From: Macrostomum hystrix
Lineage: Eukaryota; Animalia; Platyhelminthes
NCBI GenBank assembly: GCA_950097015.1
Contig: CATNEN010000029.1
Span: forward strand, 8,060,001-8,124,000
Direction: 5' to 3'
DNA: 64,000 nucleotides
Shown: in pieces, positions 50,430 to 63,084 of the stretch
Numbering within the stretch: position 1 is the stretch's first letter
How the letters are laid out: every line of letters begins with the position of its first letter
Notes under the pieces: generated by a model
Told to the model about the DNA's origin: nothing
Seen by the model: the letters and a program-made list of their open reading frames with translations, nothing else
The model's database searches: none
Translations under genes and position numbers: made by a program

Positions 50430-53400
50430 ATGACTGTGTCAGAGCTTGCTTATAAGCCTTTGATTGGTAAGTTTTAATGCTCTATTTCTATGTCGAATCT
50501 CTTTTAAAACTTAGAATACCTTTTTGTGTCTTAAAAATGCTCACACACAAACACATTGACCAACTGTCATAGGGAATAGTGCACCTCGCCAAATAGATAC
50601 TCAGAATATATTGAATCAGAAGCGCAACTCCTCCTCCGGAGGAGATTTTAGGAATAAAACTCAAGAAATGGGAGAGAACACCCTGGACTTCAAATCAGAA
50701 AGCTCATAAAATAGGCAACTAGCCTTATTGGGACAGATGTACACCCGGTGGCTCAGCCATTATATTTAGAGCACCGTGGTAATTCCGTGGTGCTCTAAAG
50801 GCTGCGTGCTAGCTGTTTAGTTTACGGGACTGTACGGTGGGGCCGCCACACTATTCGAGTTTCTACCCCAGCTGATGCTCATCCCAGTATCTTAGCTGGG
50901 AGAACTGAAGCAATGGAGGATTAAGTGTCTTGCTTGAGGACAAACATAATTTCTATGATTGGAGATTCGAACTCCTGACCTCTGTGAGCGCAACTAAGCA
51001 ATACCAAATCGCTATTCGATTGTTTGTCGATTCTGTTTTTAGAACAAGTGTGCGAGTCCGAGCTGCTCCAACGGCAGTCCTGCTTTGCCGACTCAGACGT
51101 GGCTAGTCTGGCCCAGTTCATCTCCGGCCGGGTGGCCAGCGTGTGCCAGAGTCTCGGCGAATTCTTCGCCTGCCTAGAGGTGCGCATGCTGGCCGAGTCT
51201 GACTCGCCGGAGTCTGGCGCCGCGGCTGCCAGCTTCCTGCAGGACGCCGTGACTCTGACTGGCAGTTTGCAGAAGCTCTATAGTCTTGTCTGCCCCGCTG
51301 CGCTCAGCTGCCTGCCCGACAGCCTGCTGCTTGGCCTGGAGCGCTCGTTCCAGTTGTTCATTGCCTCCTTTGTGCACTGTCAGGTAATGAAGCTGTGTGA
51401 TTGTGTCAAAAATAACACTCAATTCAAACGCAGGATAGGATCAGTAAAACACGGAGAAATCACAGCTGAATCACATTCAAATATAGCTGAATCACACTCT
51501 ATTACACCTGAATCACACTCTATTACACCTGAATCACACTCTATTATAGCTGAATCACACTCAATTACACCTGAATCACACTCAATTACACCTGAATCAC
51601 ACTGAATTACACCTGAATCACACTCTATTATAGCTGTTATAGCTGAATCACACTCAATTACACCTGAATCACACTCTATTATAGCTGAATCACACTCAAT
51701 TACACCTGAATCACACTCAATTACACCTGAATCACACTCAATTACACCTGAATCACACTCTATTACACCTGAATCACACTCTATTACACCTGAATCACAC
51801 TCTATTATAGCTGAATCACACTCTAATTACACCTGAATCACACTCAATTACACCTGAATCACACTCAATTACACCTGAATCACACTCAATTACACCTGAA
51901 TCACACTCTATTATAGCTGTTATAGCTGAATCACACTCAATTACACCTGAATCACACTCTATTACACCTGAATCACACTCTATTACACCTGAATCACACT
52001 CTATTATAGCTGAATCACACTCAATTACACCTGAATCACACTCAATTACACCTGAATCACACTCTATTATAGCTGAATCACACTCAATTACACCTGAATC
52101 ACACTCAATTACACCTGAATCACACTCTATTACACCTGAATCACACTCTATTATAGCTGAATCACTTCTAAGAGACACTTGTAATATGCAATTAATTTTC
52201 ATCATCATCGCTTTAATTACAGAGAAGTGTCAGCATTTACGGCGCCCAAATTCATCAGGTGTCGGCTATTCTCAGCGTCCTGTTTAGAGTCTCCTACACT
52301 GCTTTGATGGTAAGGATTTGGAATTAATGTAATATGTAATCTTGTATGTGCAATATGCCTGCAGGCCATTCAGTTTTCTTCACCGCGCATTGGCAGGCTG
52401 GCATTCAGTGTCTAGACAGTATCGATACGCAACGAATGCGCGACTGTTATTCGGTTGATGAACTATGCAAAGGTGCGTTTTTTGTTTTCTTTTACGCTTA
52501 ATTGTTCTCTGCAACCAGCCTTTTTAACTTGTAAATTTTTTACTCTATAAATCATATTTCAGTTACATATGCTTTGAGCAGTTTGGCTGCGTCAGTATTT
52601 GAGTTCGAGCCAAGAATCACCGTTACGGCGTGGAAGTCACTTATTCGGTTAGTGTTGATCGATCATTGAAGCGAACTGTAGCAGAAAAGCAGTGGTCATG
52701 ATGGATGTAGTGAGCAGTTTGTGGCAATGAGTGATCAGAAATGCAGTGGTTATTGCGGATGTAGTGAGTATTCGGTGGTAATGAGTGATCTGAAAGCTGT
52801 GTCCGTCGGAAGGAATAAGTGGTCAGAAGCGAATATTCATATGCATACAGTATATTCACATACGCATTCATAGAATTCTTTTTCTTGGATGTACACTTAA
52901 GCGCAAGTTCTCGTACTTGACGAATTTCCACTTTCTTTTCAGCACCCTATCCGAGTCGCACAACTGTATACTTCACGATTCAATTAATATTGATGAAATT
53001 ATCTTAAAACTATTGTCTCTAATCAGGCAAATGATGGGACGAATCGTACAGGTCAGTCAACAAATGCTTTCGAAAATTGCTTTAAAATGTATAATTTCGT
53101 GCGATTTGATTTGCCTGATCACACTTAAATTAGCTGAAGAAATCCTGTTGGCTGGTCTCGTTCTGCCATACCTTTAAGCAGCTGAAGCAAGCTGATTGGC
53201 TAGCACTGAAGGCCAGACTTTAAGCAGCTGAAGCAAGCTGATTGGCTAGCACTGAAGGCCAGACTATAAGCAGCTGAAGCAAGGTGATTGGCTAGCACTA
53301 AAGGCCAGACTTTAAGCAGCTGAAGCAAGCTGATTGGCTAGCACTGAAGGCCAGACTTTAAGCAGCTGAAGCAAGCTGATTGGCTAGCACTGAAGGCCAG

Positions 53401-56400
53401 ACTTTAAGCAGCTGAAGCAAGGTGATTGGCTGGCACCAAAACTTCATATACCTACTTAGAAATTCATCCTGCATTCTGTATCTCTACTGTGACCTACCTC
53501 TAGACAGGTGGCAGTGCGCAGGACGCAAAGATTTTCAACTTCCTAGTGAAATGCCAGGTCAGCTTGCTCACAGAGTACAATGGCCAGCTATCTGGCTGTC
53601 TGTCTCAGCTATTCTATACTCTAACCTTGCTCCGAGCCGCTTATCGTCGCTTAGCTGATCGCCAGTCATCCGATCCGTCGTCAGTGAATCCTGAGCTGCT
53701 ATCCGCTAAGCTGCGCGGCTCGCCTCTGGTTGGCATTGAGCGGCTGCTGACTAGCGCCGCTTTCGCCCAGGTCGCAATCGGAGCCAGCATGGCGGAGCTG
53801 CAACGGCTGGCTGGCCAATCTGGCATCGGCGATGATTGCTTGTCACCTGACAGTCTTTGTCTGGCGCTGATTGAGCTTAAATGCTACGCGCTAACGCTGC
53901 TGCCTAAACAGCCGGGTAGGTGATTTTCTCGACTTGTTGGTTTTTTGCGCATTTTTATCATGCATATTCTCAATTTCGGCTTGTGTGTGCAAAATGCAAG
54001 GCCGCTTACTTATAAGTAGTGCGATATGAAGGTAAAACGATTATTTTTTCCTAATGCCTGTAGCTGAGATATTTCTGTCTAAACAGATAAGCGGATTGCC
54101 TTGCAGAATTAGACGACAGTCGAATCTGGCTGGACAAAAGCGACCTTCTAGTGGAATCAAATCTCTACGATTCGCTGTTTAAAACTCTGGAACAAGGTAG
54201 GACTTAAATGGGCTCCATCGTTTATGTCGCTAAAGTTGGCCCTACTAAGTGGTCTCATGTATACTTTACCGCTTCTTTAACCCTCCACTTAACGTTCTGT
54301 ACAGACCCGCCTTTTGATTTTTCTCGCCTGTCTCTCATATCCTGTACACACTCAATGTTTTGTACAGCCTGTCCCTCATATCCTGTACTGATAAGATGTA
54401 CAGACTCTCCGTGTTTAGTACAGCCTGACTTTCATATCCTGTACGTACTCTCCATGATTTCTACAGCCTGTCACTCAATATACTGTACAGACTCTACATG
54501 TTCTGTTCAGCCTGTCCCTCGTGTCTTAGTACAGCCTCTCTTAATTCGTGTTCTGCACTTGTTCGTCTTCGTGTTCGTGCTGCCGCAACAGTTAAGCAGT
54601 GTATGATGGATCCCATTACTTTTATCCCATTACTTCAGCTCCGCAGCTCTCTCTATTAGACTGCAGTTTAGAAATCGGGCACAGTCACACAGGCCTGGAC
54701 TATTACCACTGCGCTGCTTTGTCAATCATTACCAGCGCCTGTCACCTGCCCAAAGATCTGGTTTCGCATTTGGTAATCAGCTTTTTCACTTCGATTATTG
54801 ATTAATTAGTGACTGCTCCTGTTCCCGTTTGCAATTAACTCGCAACTTTTTGTGTTTCTTTTCTCACGCAGGAAAAGGTGGTTATAAAAATTATTTTCGA
54901 CCCCAATTCACGGGCGCTGTTGCATCTGCTCGCCACTGACGTGCTGTGCTTCCTTCTCAGGTAGTCATTTCTAGCTATCGGTTTTTTTATTAGCTAACTG
55001 CTAATGGCCTTTTTAGATTCTTAAGCGATTCAATCTGATATGTTTCGATTAAAAAACTTGACTCTTCCAACCACCAGATACTCGTCAACCGCGTTCTGCG
55101 CCCAGTGGGTCAGCCAGCTAGCTAAAAGCTTGGCTAGCCTAGATTACAGGCGCGTTTACGCCGGCGGAGCCTTCACTGAACAGCGACTCCAGCTGGCTGG
55201 CCGTCTGTTCGCCAGGATTGTCAAGTTTGCCGCCGACGCTGATCTAGTAAGTTGAGCCAAACTCCCCGTTCAAGGTCAAGGTCACACTCCCATGTACTTC
55301 AGGGTTACACTCTCTGATTATTCAGTGCCACACTCCTTGTACTTCAGGGTTACACTCCCTGGTTATTCATGGCCACACTCCTTGTACTTCAAGGTTACAC
55401 TCCCTGATTATTCATGGCCACACTCCTTGTACTTCAGGGTTACACTCCCTGGTTATTCATGGCCACACTCCTTGTACTTCAAGGTTACACTCCCTGATTA
55501 TTCATGGCCACACTCCTTGTACTTCAGGGTTACACTCCCTGGTTATTCATGGCCACACTCCTTGTACTTCAGGGTTACACTCCCTGGTTATTCAGGGCCA
55601 CACTCCTTGTACTTCAAGGTTACACTCCCTGATTATTCATGGCCACACTCCTTGTACTTCAGGGTTACACTCCCTGATTATTCAGGGCCACACTCCTTGT
55701 ACTTCAAGGTTACACTCCCTGATTATTCATGGCCACATTTTACTATACTCCAGGCCACGCTCATTGGTTATTTTGAGCACCACTCTATGATTCATAACTT
55801 TTGATTCATAATCACCTTCGAAATTCATTATGATGTCTTCTATTCTTTATGTTGGTTCATAGCATTTGAAAGCTTTTCCCATTTTAATGACCATAAATCA
55901 ATATAGTAATGTACACCGTAAATCTACCATTTTCTACCCTGCTCAGCTAACTATATTCGATCAGTATCCGTTCTCGGAGCGCCACTACTGCCTCTACCTG
56001 TGGCTAAACTTTAACAGCCTGTCACTATCTAGTGTTCAGCAGCAGCCGGCTCAAGCAGCTTTAGCGGGTATTGTGGACAGCCTAGTCGCTGCGGGACTAG
56101 AAAATTACTCTGCAGGCGCTGTTATTAGTTCCGACGAGTGTTTAAAACTGGTAAGAATTGGGCTGGCTCAAGAAATCTACTTATTGGCTGGCAAGCAGGT
56201 TCAGTAATCAAGCAAAGTTACAGGGAGTTGAACCATACTCTAGTAGTTCTTGGTGACATCTTTGACATCTGCTAAATATTTAGGGATGTCCGCACTGAAT
56301 ATTTGGGGTATAAGCTACTGAATATTTGGGGTATAAGCTACTGCATATTTGGGGTGTAAGCTACTGAATATTTGGGGTGTAAGCTACTGAATATTTGGGG

Positions 56401-57975
56401 TGTAAGCTACTGAATATTTGGGGTGTAAGCTACTGAATATTTGGGGTATAAGCTACTGACTATTTGCTTGTTATGTGTTTAGCTGACCACCAAGGCCCTC
56501 TCCACCCTGGTACACAGAGCGTCCTGCTGCGCCTAGTGCCAAACCTGCCTATTCAGGCCAGCCTGCTGTCCGAACGCCTGTCTGCTTCGCTCTCTCGGTC
56601 CCTGACGCACGCGGCCCGCTGCCTGCCTGGCATCGCATCCTCCAACAGTGCCGGCCTAATCGATGCCCTGACTGTAGCCCTGGCCGCCGGTGTCCGACTC
56701 GCCCTGGCAACGCATGCCCGACCCCTGGCAGAGGCTGTCGTGGCTGGCATTGAGCGCCTGCTGCAGCAGCTTCCGCCAACTTCGCCTAGCTCCGGCTCCG
56801 ACTGCTCTCTGGGGCCGCAGATTGGCTTCGGTCTGGCCAATTGTCTGCTGACCGTGGCGCGCTGGAGGCACGACCTAGAACGGGAGCATCAACATCAGCA
56901 ACTGGGTAAATATTTTACGTTTTCAGTACTTTTTAAGCGACTTGCTTGTCTAATACTCGTACGAGCCTACTACAAACTCTAGTGGTGAGTGCAGAGCTGT
57001 TAACGCGTTTGCCTCTCGCGCTAAGGTCCTGAGTTCGATTCCACAGCGAGGCCACATTCATTTGGGGCGCAGCCGCGGAGAGGATTGGGCGCTTGTCGTG
57101 CAATTTACGCCCCTATGGCCAACCTCCAAGGTACAGTGAGAGTGTACGCTGCTTGACGATGAAAAATTCAGGACAGATTTATACACCTGTGTGAGCGTGA
57201 CCTGCGTACAGTGTGCGTATCTGTGTGCGTATGTGCTCATGAGTCAGCAAAATGGCCTAAATTGTCTGCGGCTGCGGTTCCAGTGTCCCCCAATGATGCG
57301 CCAATACCTCTTACAATTTCTATTATTACTACTAACTCTATTAAATGTCTATAACGTTTTACTTCTAATCGTGCATTAATTTTTCTTTGACACAAAGGTT
57401 TCTCCCATAGTCTTTCGAATCAGCAGCAGCAGCAGCAGCAGCAGCTGAGTCTACTGCAGCAGCTGGAGTCCAGCGCCTGGTCCGCCCTGCTGCGTCATGC
57501 CTCAAATTCTGCCTCTGCCGGCAACGACTGGTACGGCCGTCTGGCTGCTCTGCTGGCCTCTGCCTCTGACGTCATCGACGCTGCCTCCTTGTGCAGCCTG
57601 TCCGCCCAGTTGCTCAGGATGGGAGACTCCATAGTGGACTGCGATCAGCGGTTTTCACCTGCTGAAATTGGATTTTACATGCGACCCTGCGCCATCGCCA
57701 CAGTTGCCCAATCCGTCACTGCTTCCGCCCCGGCGCCGGCGGCTGCCAAACGCGCCCGACTTGGCCACGACGAGGCTGCTAATAACGCGCCGTCCTCGGC
57801 TCCGAGCTGGTCTGCGGTTGCGCCCGACTGTCCGGTGGCAGTACTGGACGCCTTGGACGCTCTTGCCAATCAGCTGGAGTCGCTGCGCGCCGCAGGTCAG
57901 CTAGGTGGGCCAGACGAACGACAGCGTCTGGCAGCTCTGGTTGATCGCCTCTGTCAGCTGGACCAAATCTTCTGA
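50430..57975 (+). CDS. FIRRM: FIGNL1-interacting regulator of recombination and mitosis (C1orf112/FLIP) orthologue
   Basis: Exons ~50430-50466, 51043-51383, 52223-52309, 52397-52472, 52563-52647, 52943-53088(?), 53508-53915, 54107-54196, 54639-54772, 54872-54960, 55078-55246, 55947-56190(?), 56483-56905, 57398-57975. Collinear motifs against recalled human protein: FVHCQRSVSIYG~FVHCKNSESVYS, TAWKSLIR~NTWKFIIK, LLATDVLCFLLRY~LLAMDAWCFLARY, AKRAR~AKRAR. Confidence 0.8.
50794..51000 (-). mobile_element. tRNA-derived SINE, family 1, in FIRRM intron 1
   Basis: AAGGCTGCGT, GAACTGAAGC, TTAAGTGTCTTGC and ATTCGAACTC shared with other copies. Confidence 0.65.
51460..52165. repeat. 21-bp minisatellite (ACACCTGAATCACACTCTATT) in a FIRRM intron
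   Basis: Direct tandem units. Confidence 0.95.
53174..53425. repeat. 46-bp tandem repeat in a FIRRM intron
   Basis: TTAAGCAGCTGAAGCAAGCTGATTGGCTAGCACTGAAGGCCAGACT, about 5.5 copies. Confidence 0.92.
55290..55740. repeat. 42-bp tandem repeat in a FIRRM intron
   Basis: GGTTACACTCCCTGATTATTCATGGCCACACTCCTTGTACTTCA-type units. Confidence 0.92.
56295..56460. repeat. 23-bp minisatellite (CTACTGAATATTTGGGGTGTAAG) in a FIRRM intron
   Basis: About 7 tandem units. Confidence 0.9.
56982..57303 (+). mobile_element. tRNA-derived SINE, family 2, in the last FIRRM intron
   Basis: Head TAACGCGTTTGCCTCTCGCGCTAAGGTCCTGAGTTCGATTCC (B-box); body collinear with two other copies. Confidence 0.75.
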
Positions 57976-60900
57976 ACTACTAATAGTAGTTTGATTGACG
58001 CCTTTAATAATTTCAAATGACACTTTAGATCAGTTGATGTTTCCTTAAATTTGTTGACCCTATTTTCGAGTACTTGCGGTTTATATGCTGCTGGCTGAAA
58101 CATTATGTTTTAGTGAACTTTTTTATTAATATCTTCAGGTTACAAGTTTCTCTTATACGAGTATAGGCCGTCTGTATTGTGCGTTTTGAGTTTTTGTATT
58201 TCCAGTTAAGTTCCGTTCATTTTTCTGCTTTATTATTGTATCACACACTAGTAGGACTCTTCCTATTCTGCATTGCTTACATATTGGTTGGTTGATGGTT
58301 GGTTGGTTACATATGATTGATTGGTCATATTGGTTACAAAAATTGAGACAGCCGTTAAGCTCAATGAATTATTTAGAAACTATTCCCAGTTTTAGGTTTC
58401 CTGGGTAAGGATTTACCATCCGACATGCGCTCTACTAATTTTTTAGTAGTAAATGAGTAGTAAATGTGTTCGTCTCTTCCAAAAAATAACAGCTTGTATT
58501 CCTCTCATATTAAAATTCCTCGAAATGGTTTCTGTCCTTTAAGCATCCCACGCAGCGCTCTTTGTTTTCTAATTAGTATTTGCATTTAATTTTAACCAGT
58601 GTAGGCATTTTAGATATCATCTATTATACTTCTAGATAAATTACATACTCATATACAAATAGTATATATTTTATGTATTGTGTGCAGTTTTCTAAGAAGT
58701 ATGTTATAATATTTCAATCCGCAGTTTTAGTCTTGTCAGTTCTGTACAAAATGTTAAACATTTTAAAGCAATTTTGGGGATTGATGCTCATCTAAAGAAA
58801 GTACAAAAATATTTGATATTGGGTCGCAAATTTTTATGTTTTTTGTAACTATTATTGAAAAAGCAATGCTTATTCGTTTCTTCTTTATATTTCTTTTTTC
58901 ATGCTTGTAAACATCGCCAGTAAATACCTCAATCTTTTCTGGCGAGGAAGCCCGTACGAGCGTAAAGTGTAATCAAGTGAACATTTGTTGTGTAATAATA
59001 AAACGATTCATTAGTTATCGAGGTTAGAACAACGTTTGGCTGCACTCTAACGTCCACAGCTAACGCAATCAATCCCAGTCAGATCGCCAACTTGGCAGCG
59101 AACATTCTAATTGTTTTGGAGGTGGCCGCTGTCGCTGCTAACATACGTATGTTATCATCTCCCTGGAGAATAAAAACCACCGACATTAGGACTGGACGCA
59201 GCCACGCCTATTCCAGTGTTTTTCGGACCGGTAAACAATGGTTGGCAGAGCCTGATTTGTGACAAACTTTACAGCCATCTAGACAATCGACATTAATCTC
59301 GACGAAATCTGAAATCTTCGCCCTAATGGGGCTCAGGGTGAAAATATATACATGGCAGCACCTTATTGGTCCGACCACCTTAATTGGCAGTAGCCGGCAT
59401 CACCACATCAAATTTTGAAGCATTTCAGTGTGAAGGGCACTCTAAGGTTGCGGGGACTTGAGTACATGTCCCCTCAGCTTCGTCTTTTTGCTTTTTAAAA
59501 CTGCAACCCTTTTTTCTTTTAAAATAAATTCACATTTTTTATCTACGGACATCTTGATTTATAGAGTTTCTACTCCTAGTGGGCTTTGTTACTTGTTTTT
59601 CTGGAATAAAAGCCGTGACCTTTTTAAATAAAGAATTCAAGGAAAATGTTCTTCTGCGTATGGACCCTAAAATTTTACACGCGTTGACGGACATTTGACG
59701 GACTATCTATTATTGATCTATTAGTGTTGTTGCTGTTTTTTTCTAATAATTATTTAAATATAACTGTTTGCATAATCATACACTTAAAAAATTTGTTATT
59801 CCATACATACACAGTAATTATTTATATGATTTATTAAGTTTTATACATGGTTAGCTATTCATGCTCATATTAGTATACAATGGTCAATGTTAATGTATTA
59901 AAGTACTTCACAAACCTGGACCAAAGCACCCATTTGTAAATTTTTATAGATGGCTGGCAGGCATTAATGGCAATATTTAAAATACTAATACCTAAATATA
60001 GCTACCACACACTAATAAAATTACATAACAAATTGAACCTCTGACTAATCTGGAAGTTAATAAATACTTTATTCTCTTTTTATTTAGCTAGCTAATAAAT
60101 GCAAATACGCAACCAGCTACTAATGGCTTAACATAGTGAATTAGTGATAATATTGATATTGATAAGTCCTACAAGAGTGTATCAAAACCACAACTAGGCC
60201 TACTACAAATTTCCAACGAGGCATTTAACTAAAATAATTTTTTTGTATTCTAATGCCTATTAAAGATAATTATATATTAACAGACAATCACAAAATAACA
60301 TTTTAAAGTACCATTTAATTGTTGTTATTGTTTATTATTAGGCCTATATTATTTTTTAATGGTTTTCAGACTTGTTTGTAAATGTAAGTTTGCTAGGCCT
60401 ATACTTGAAAGTTTAGAATCTTACAATGCTATATGTTATAAAACAAATACAGCAAATTAATTTAATGTAATTTCTAGCCTTGGCTATTTAGTTTTGTACA
60501 TTAATTTATAGTTGTTTTTATTTCGTAAAAAGGACAGTAGTTACAACCCCATATTACTTGTGTAAATGTTTGTATTGCTTGTTGTCTACAGTTTTGCTAT
60601 TTTAGTTGTCTACTTTTATATTAATGTGTTCTATTTTAAAAAAACTTATAGCAAAGGCAAGTTCATATATTCAATTAAAATCTTTTTATTGAAATATAAA
60701 ATATGAAATTTGGAATTGTCAACTATATTGTCGTAGGCCTACTTCTTAAATCCCACTGCTTTCACCAAATTGATGTAGGGCTCCTTACTAATATCTTACA
60801 GCTGCCACTAAGTTGTCGTAGGCTCTCTCCTCTTTGGGTTTAAATATCACCGATACTCTTTTATTAAATATTAACAATTGCTTATTTCACACCTTGGATT

Positions 60901-61649
60901 ACCCTTTGAAATAACTCTTAATTTCCCTTGTCTATGACTTAGTTATTCTTCATAGGCTAGCTATGTATCCTCTTATTGCATATGCATATATTGTTTAACT
61001 TGGCCAGATAGGCTGCTTTCCTTCCAAAAATTTGGTAGCGTTCTCACGAGTGTCCGAGCGGCAAGACACTTCTTCCTCTCCTCTACTTACTCACAACTGT
61101 CTGGCTCTCTGGTTTGTTCCCAGTCTTTCAAGGCTTCCAATGGACTGAAGTTGCCCAACTTTGCACACAGTGCTTTTCCACCAATCGGGATTTACCCTTC
61201 TGCTCTTTAGTTTTACACTCCACTGCTTTTTATGACTATTCCTTTCTTTATTCTTTCGAATATTCCTGGCTTGTGTATTAACACGGACCTGCTTTTCTCC
61301 TTTCTAAAATAATTGAAAAACACTTTGAGATTTATTCTCCTTTTTGCTCTCCGAACTGGGCACGGGGCACCGGTTAAGTTTTCGAGGGCTAAAATGCGCT
61401 TGTATTTATACTAAGAATTGAGGTGGATGACAAAGCATAGTAAAACAAAGACAAAAAGATCGAGGAAAACATTTGGCGGTAATTCAAGTTAGCAATATAC
61501 GATAAATTTGGGCCTGCCTCAACTGGCTTCCCCTATATAAATTTTTGAATAAGTAAAACGCGTGACAAAATTTATAAAAAGTAGAAAGTACAAATATCAG
61601 GCACACAACGCGTGACAAAAAGCAAAATAAAAACGGTTAAATTGTCCTT

Positions 61650-62822
61650 TTAAGAGAAATAGCACTCGGTAGGCAGTCTTTCGTTGCGGGGCCAACCGAC
61701 TGTGCTCGCCATCCACCTCAACTCAATGTTGAGGGGGATGCGATTCACCGGTAAGGGGCTGCGGTTGATTACTTTCCTAGCATAATGCACGGCCCTCTTC
61801 CAGGCGGTAATGCAGTATCCTCTGGCGAATTTGTCGCACAGTACCCGCATAGCAGAATAAATTGCGGCGCGCTGTGGGTACCGCCGATCATTATTGTACA
61901 ACCCGGCGTCCAGGACATATCCTTTCATGTGACGAATTAGCCGCGTGTAGTGTTCATGTTGGGCCTTCGGAATTTCAGCCATCGCTCGGGCGAATTCTTC
62001 TTGGCTCTCCGCAGGCTCCATTTCGATGTCTTCTTCCGTATCCGAGTTCGGCTGCGGCTGAGGCGACTGCTGGGACTGCCGCTCTTGCTGCAACGGCTGC
62101 TGCTGCTGCGGCGGCTGCGGCTGCTGCGATTGCTGCGGCTGGGGCTGCTTCCGTGATGGCTGTGGCGGTGGCTGTGGCTGTGGCTGCGGCTGCTGCTGCT
62201 GCGACGACTGTGGCTGCGATGACTGCGGCTGTTGCTGAAAATCCGTCCGGTACTGGTACTGGATCGGTACCTTGATAGCCTTTGGCGCTATATGCCGTCC
62301 CTTAGGCGGTGGCCGTGGTTGAGGGCTCGGCTTCGGCGCTATCCATCGTCGTCCGGCAGCACGCCGACCTGGTTCCTGGCTTGGAGCTTCAATTGCCTTG
62401 GTGACCCTGGCGGCTTCAGATGGCTTAGCTTGAACAGCTTCCATTGCTGCCACCGGTGCTATCGACTGCTGCTGGAGCAGATTCAACCGCGTGGTGGCGT
62501 CGAGGTACACCGGTAGCCTAGAGCTCGGCAATCTCTTCTTGTTCGCGGTCTCATCTTGCATAGTGGTGGCGGCTCGCTTTTGGGTGTTCACTCTCGGTTG
62601 TTGACCGACCATGGATGGCTGCGTTCTTTGCCGTAGTGGCGCCTCGAGTCCTTCTGGTTCGTCAATTATTGCTTGGATGATATCGTCTTCGCCATTTCCG
62701 GCTCCGTTCTCTTGCTCTACTCTGTCTGGCTCAGTGTTCTCATTGTCCGAGAAATCCACTGTAACTGCTTCTAGCAACTTCTCAAATTCGCTTGCGCTTA
62801 TGGCTTCTTGATCTTGCTCCAT
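61650..62822 (-). CDS. Accessory ORF downstream of Gypsy pol: acidic N-terminus, Q/P-rich middle, helical basic C-terminal domain
   Basis: Intronless ATG-started 390-aa ORF, 263 bp after the pol stop, on the same strand. Confidence 0.7.
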   Translation of the reverse strand: MEQDQEAISASEFEKLLEAVTVDFSDNENTEPDRVEQENGAGNGEDDIIQAIIDEPEGLEAPLRQRTQPSMVGQQPRVNTQKRAATTMQDETANKKRLPSSRLPVYLDATTRLNLLQQQSIAPVAAMEAVQAKPSEAARVTKAIEAPSQEPGRRAAGRRWIAPKPSPQPRPPPKGRHIAPKAIKVPIQYQYRTDFQQQPQSSQPQSSQQQQPQPQPQPPPQPSRKQPQPQQSQQPQPPQQQQPLQQERQSQQSPQPQPNSDTEEDIEMEPAESQEEFARAMAEIPKAQHEHYTRLIRHMKGYVLDAGLYNNDRRYPQRAAIYSAMRVLCDKFARGYCITAWKRAVHYARKVINRSPLPVNRIPLNIELRWMASTVGWPRNERLPTECYFS

Positions 62823-62884
62823 TCTTCTTTGTCAGTATGACTTCTTCTCTCTGCTTATGTTTGTTTGTGTTCCCAGGGCTCTGG

Positions 62885-62965
62885 TTTATATAGGCGCGAA
62901 ACTGACACTCTTCATTGTGTCTCAGATTTCATTGGGCTATACTGGCTTATTTCTAATCCTATTGG
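62885..62965 (-). promoter_or_regulatory. Candidate internal Pol II promoter (2 CCAAT boxes plus TATATAAA)
   Basis: Minus-strand CCAAT at 62965-62961 and 62935-62931; TATATAAA at 62892-62885, ~63 nt upstream of the ATG at 62822. Confidence 0.55.
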
Positions 62966-63084
62966 TTCCCTACTTGATTTCAATTAACCCCTACCTAATT
63001 GACTGGAAGTGGCTAACCCCTACTCCCTTTCTATCCCTTGCACGTGGTTTCCTTGTGTTACTATTGCGTCACCCCAATCTCTGC

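Noticed and set aside
52288-52309. 22-nt micro-exon considered to repair FIRRM phase
   Set aside because: Using acceptors at 52222 and 52396 keeps the frame and matches the conserved sequence better
51816-55804. IECDSGV- and YSWPHSLYF-repeat ORFs
   Set aside because: Intronic tandem repeats of FIRRM
58440-58465. AGTAGT repeats suggestive of a Polinton/Maverick terminus
   Set aside because: No TIR partner and no polB, integrase or capsid ORFs nearby
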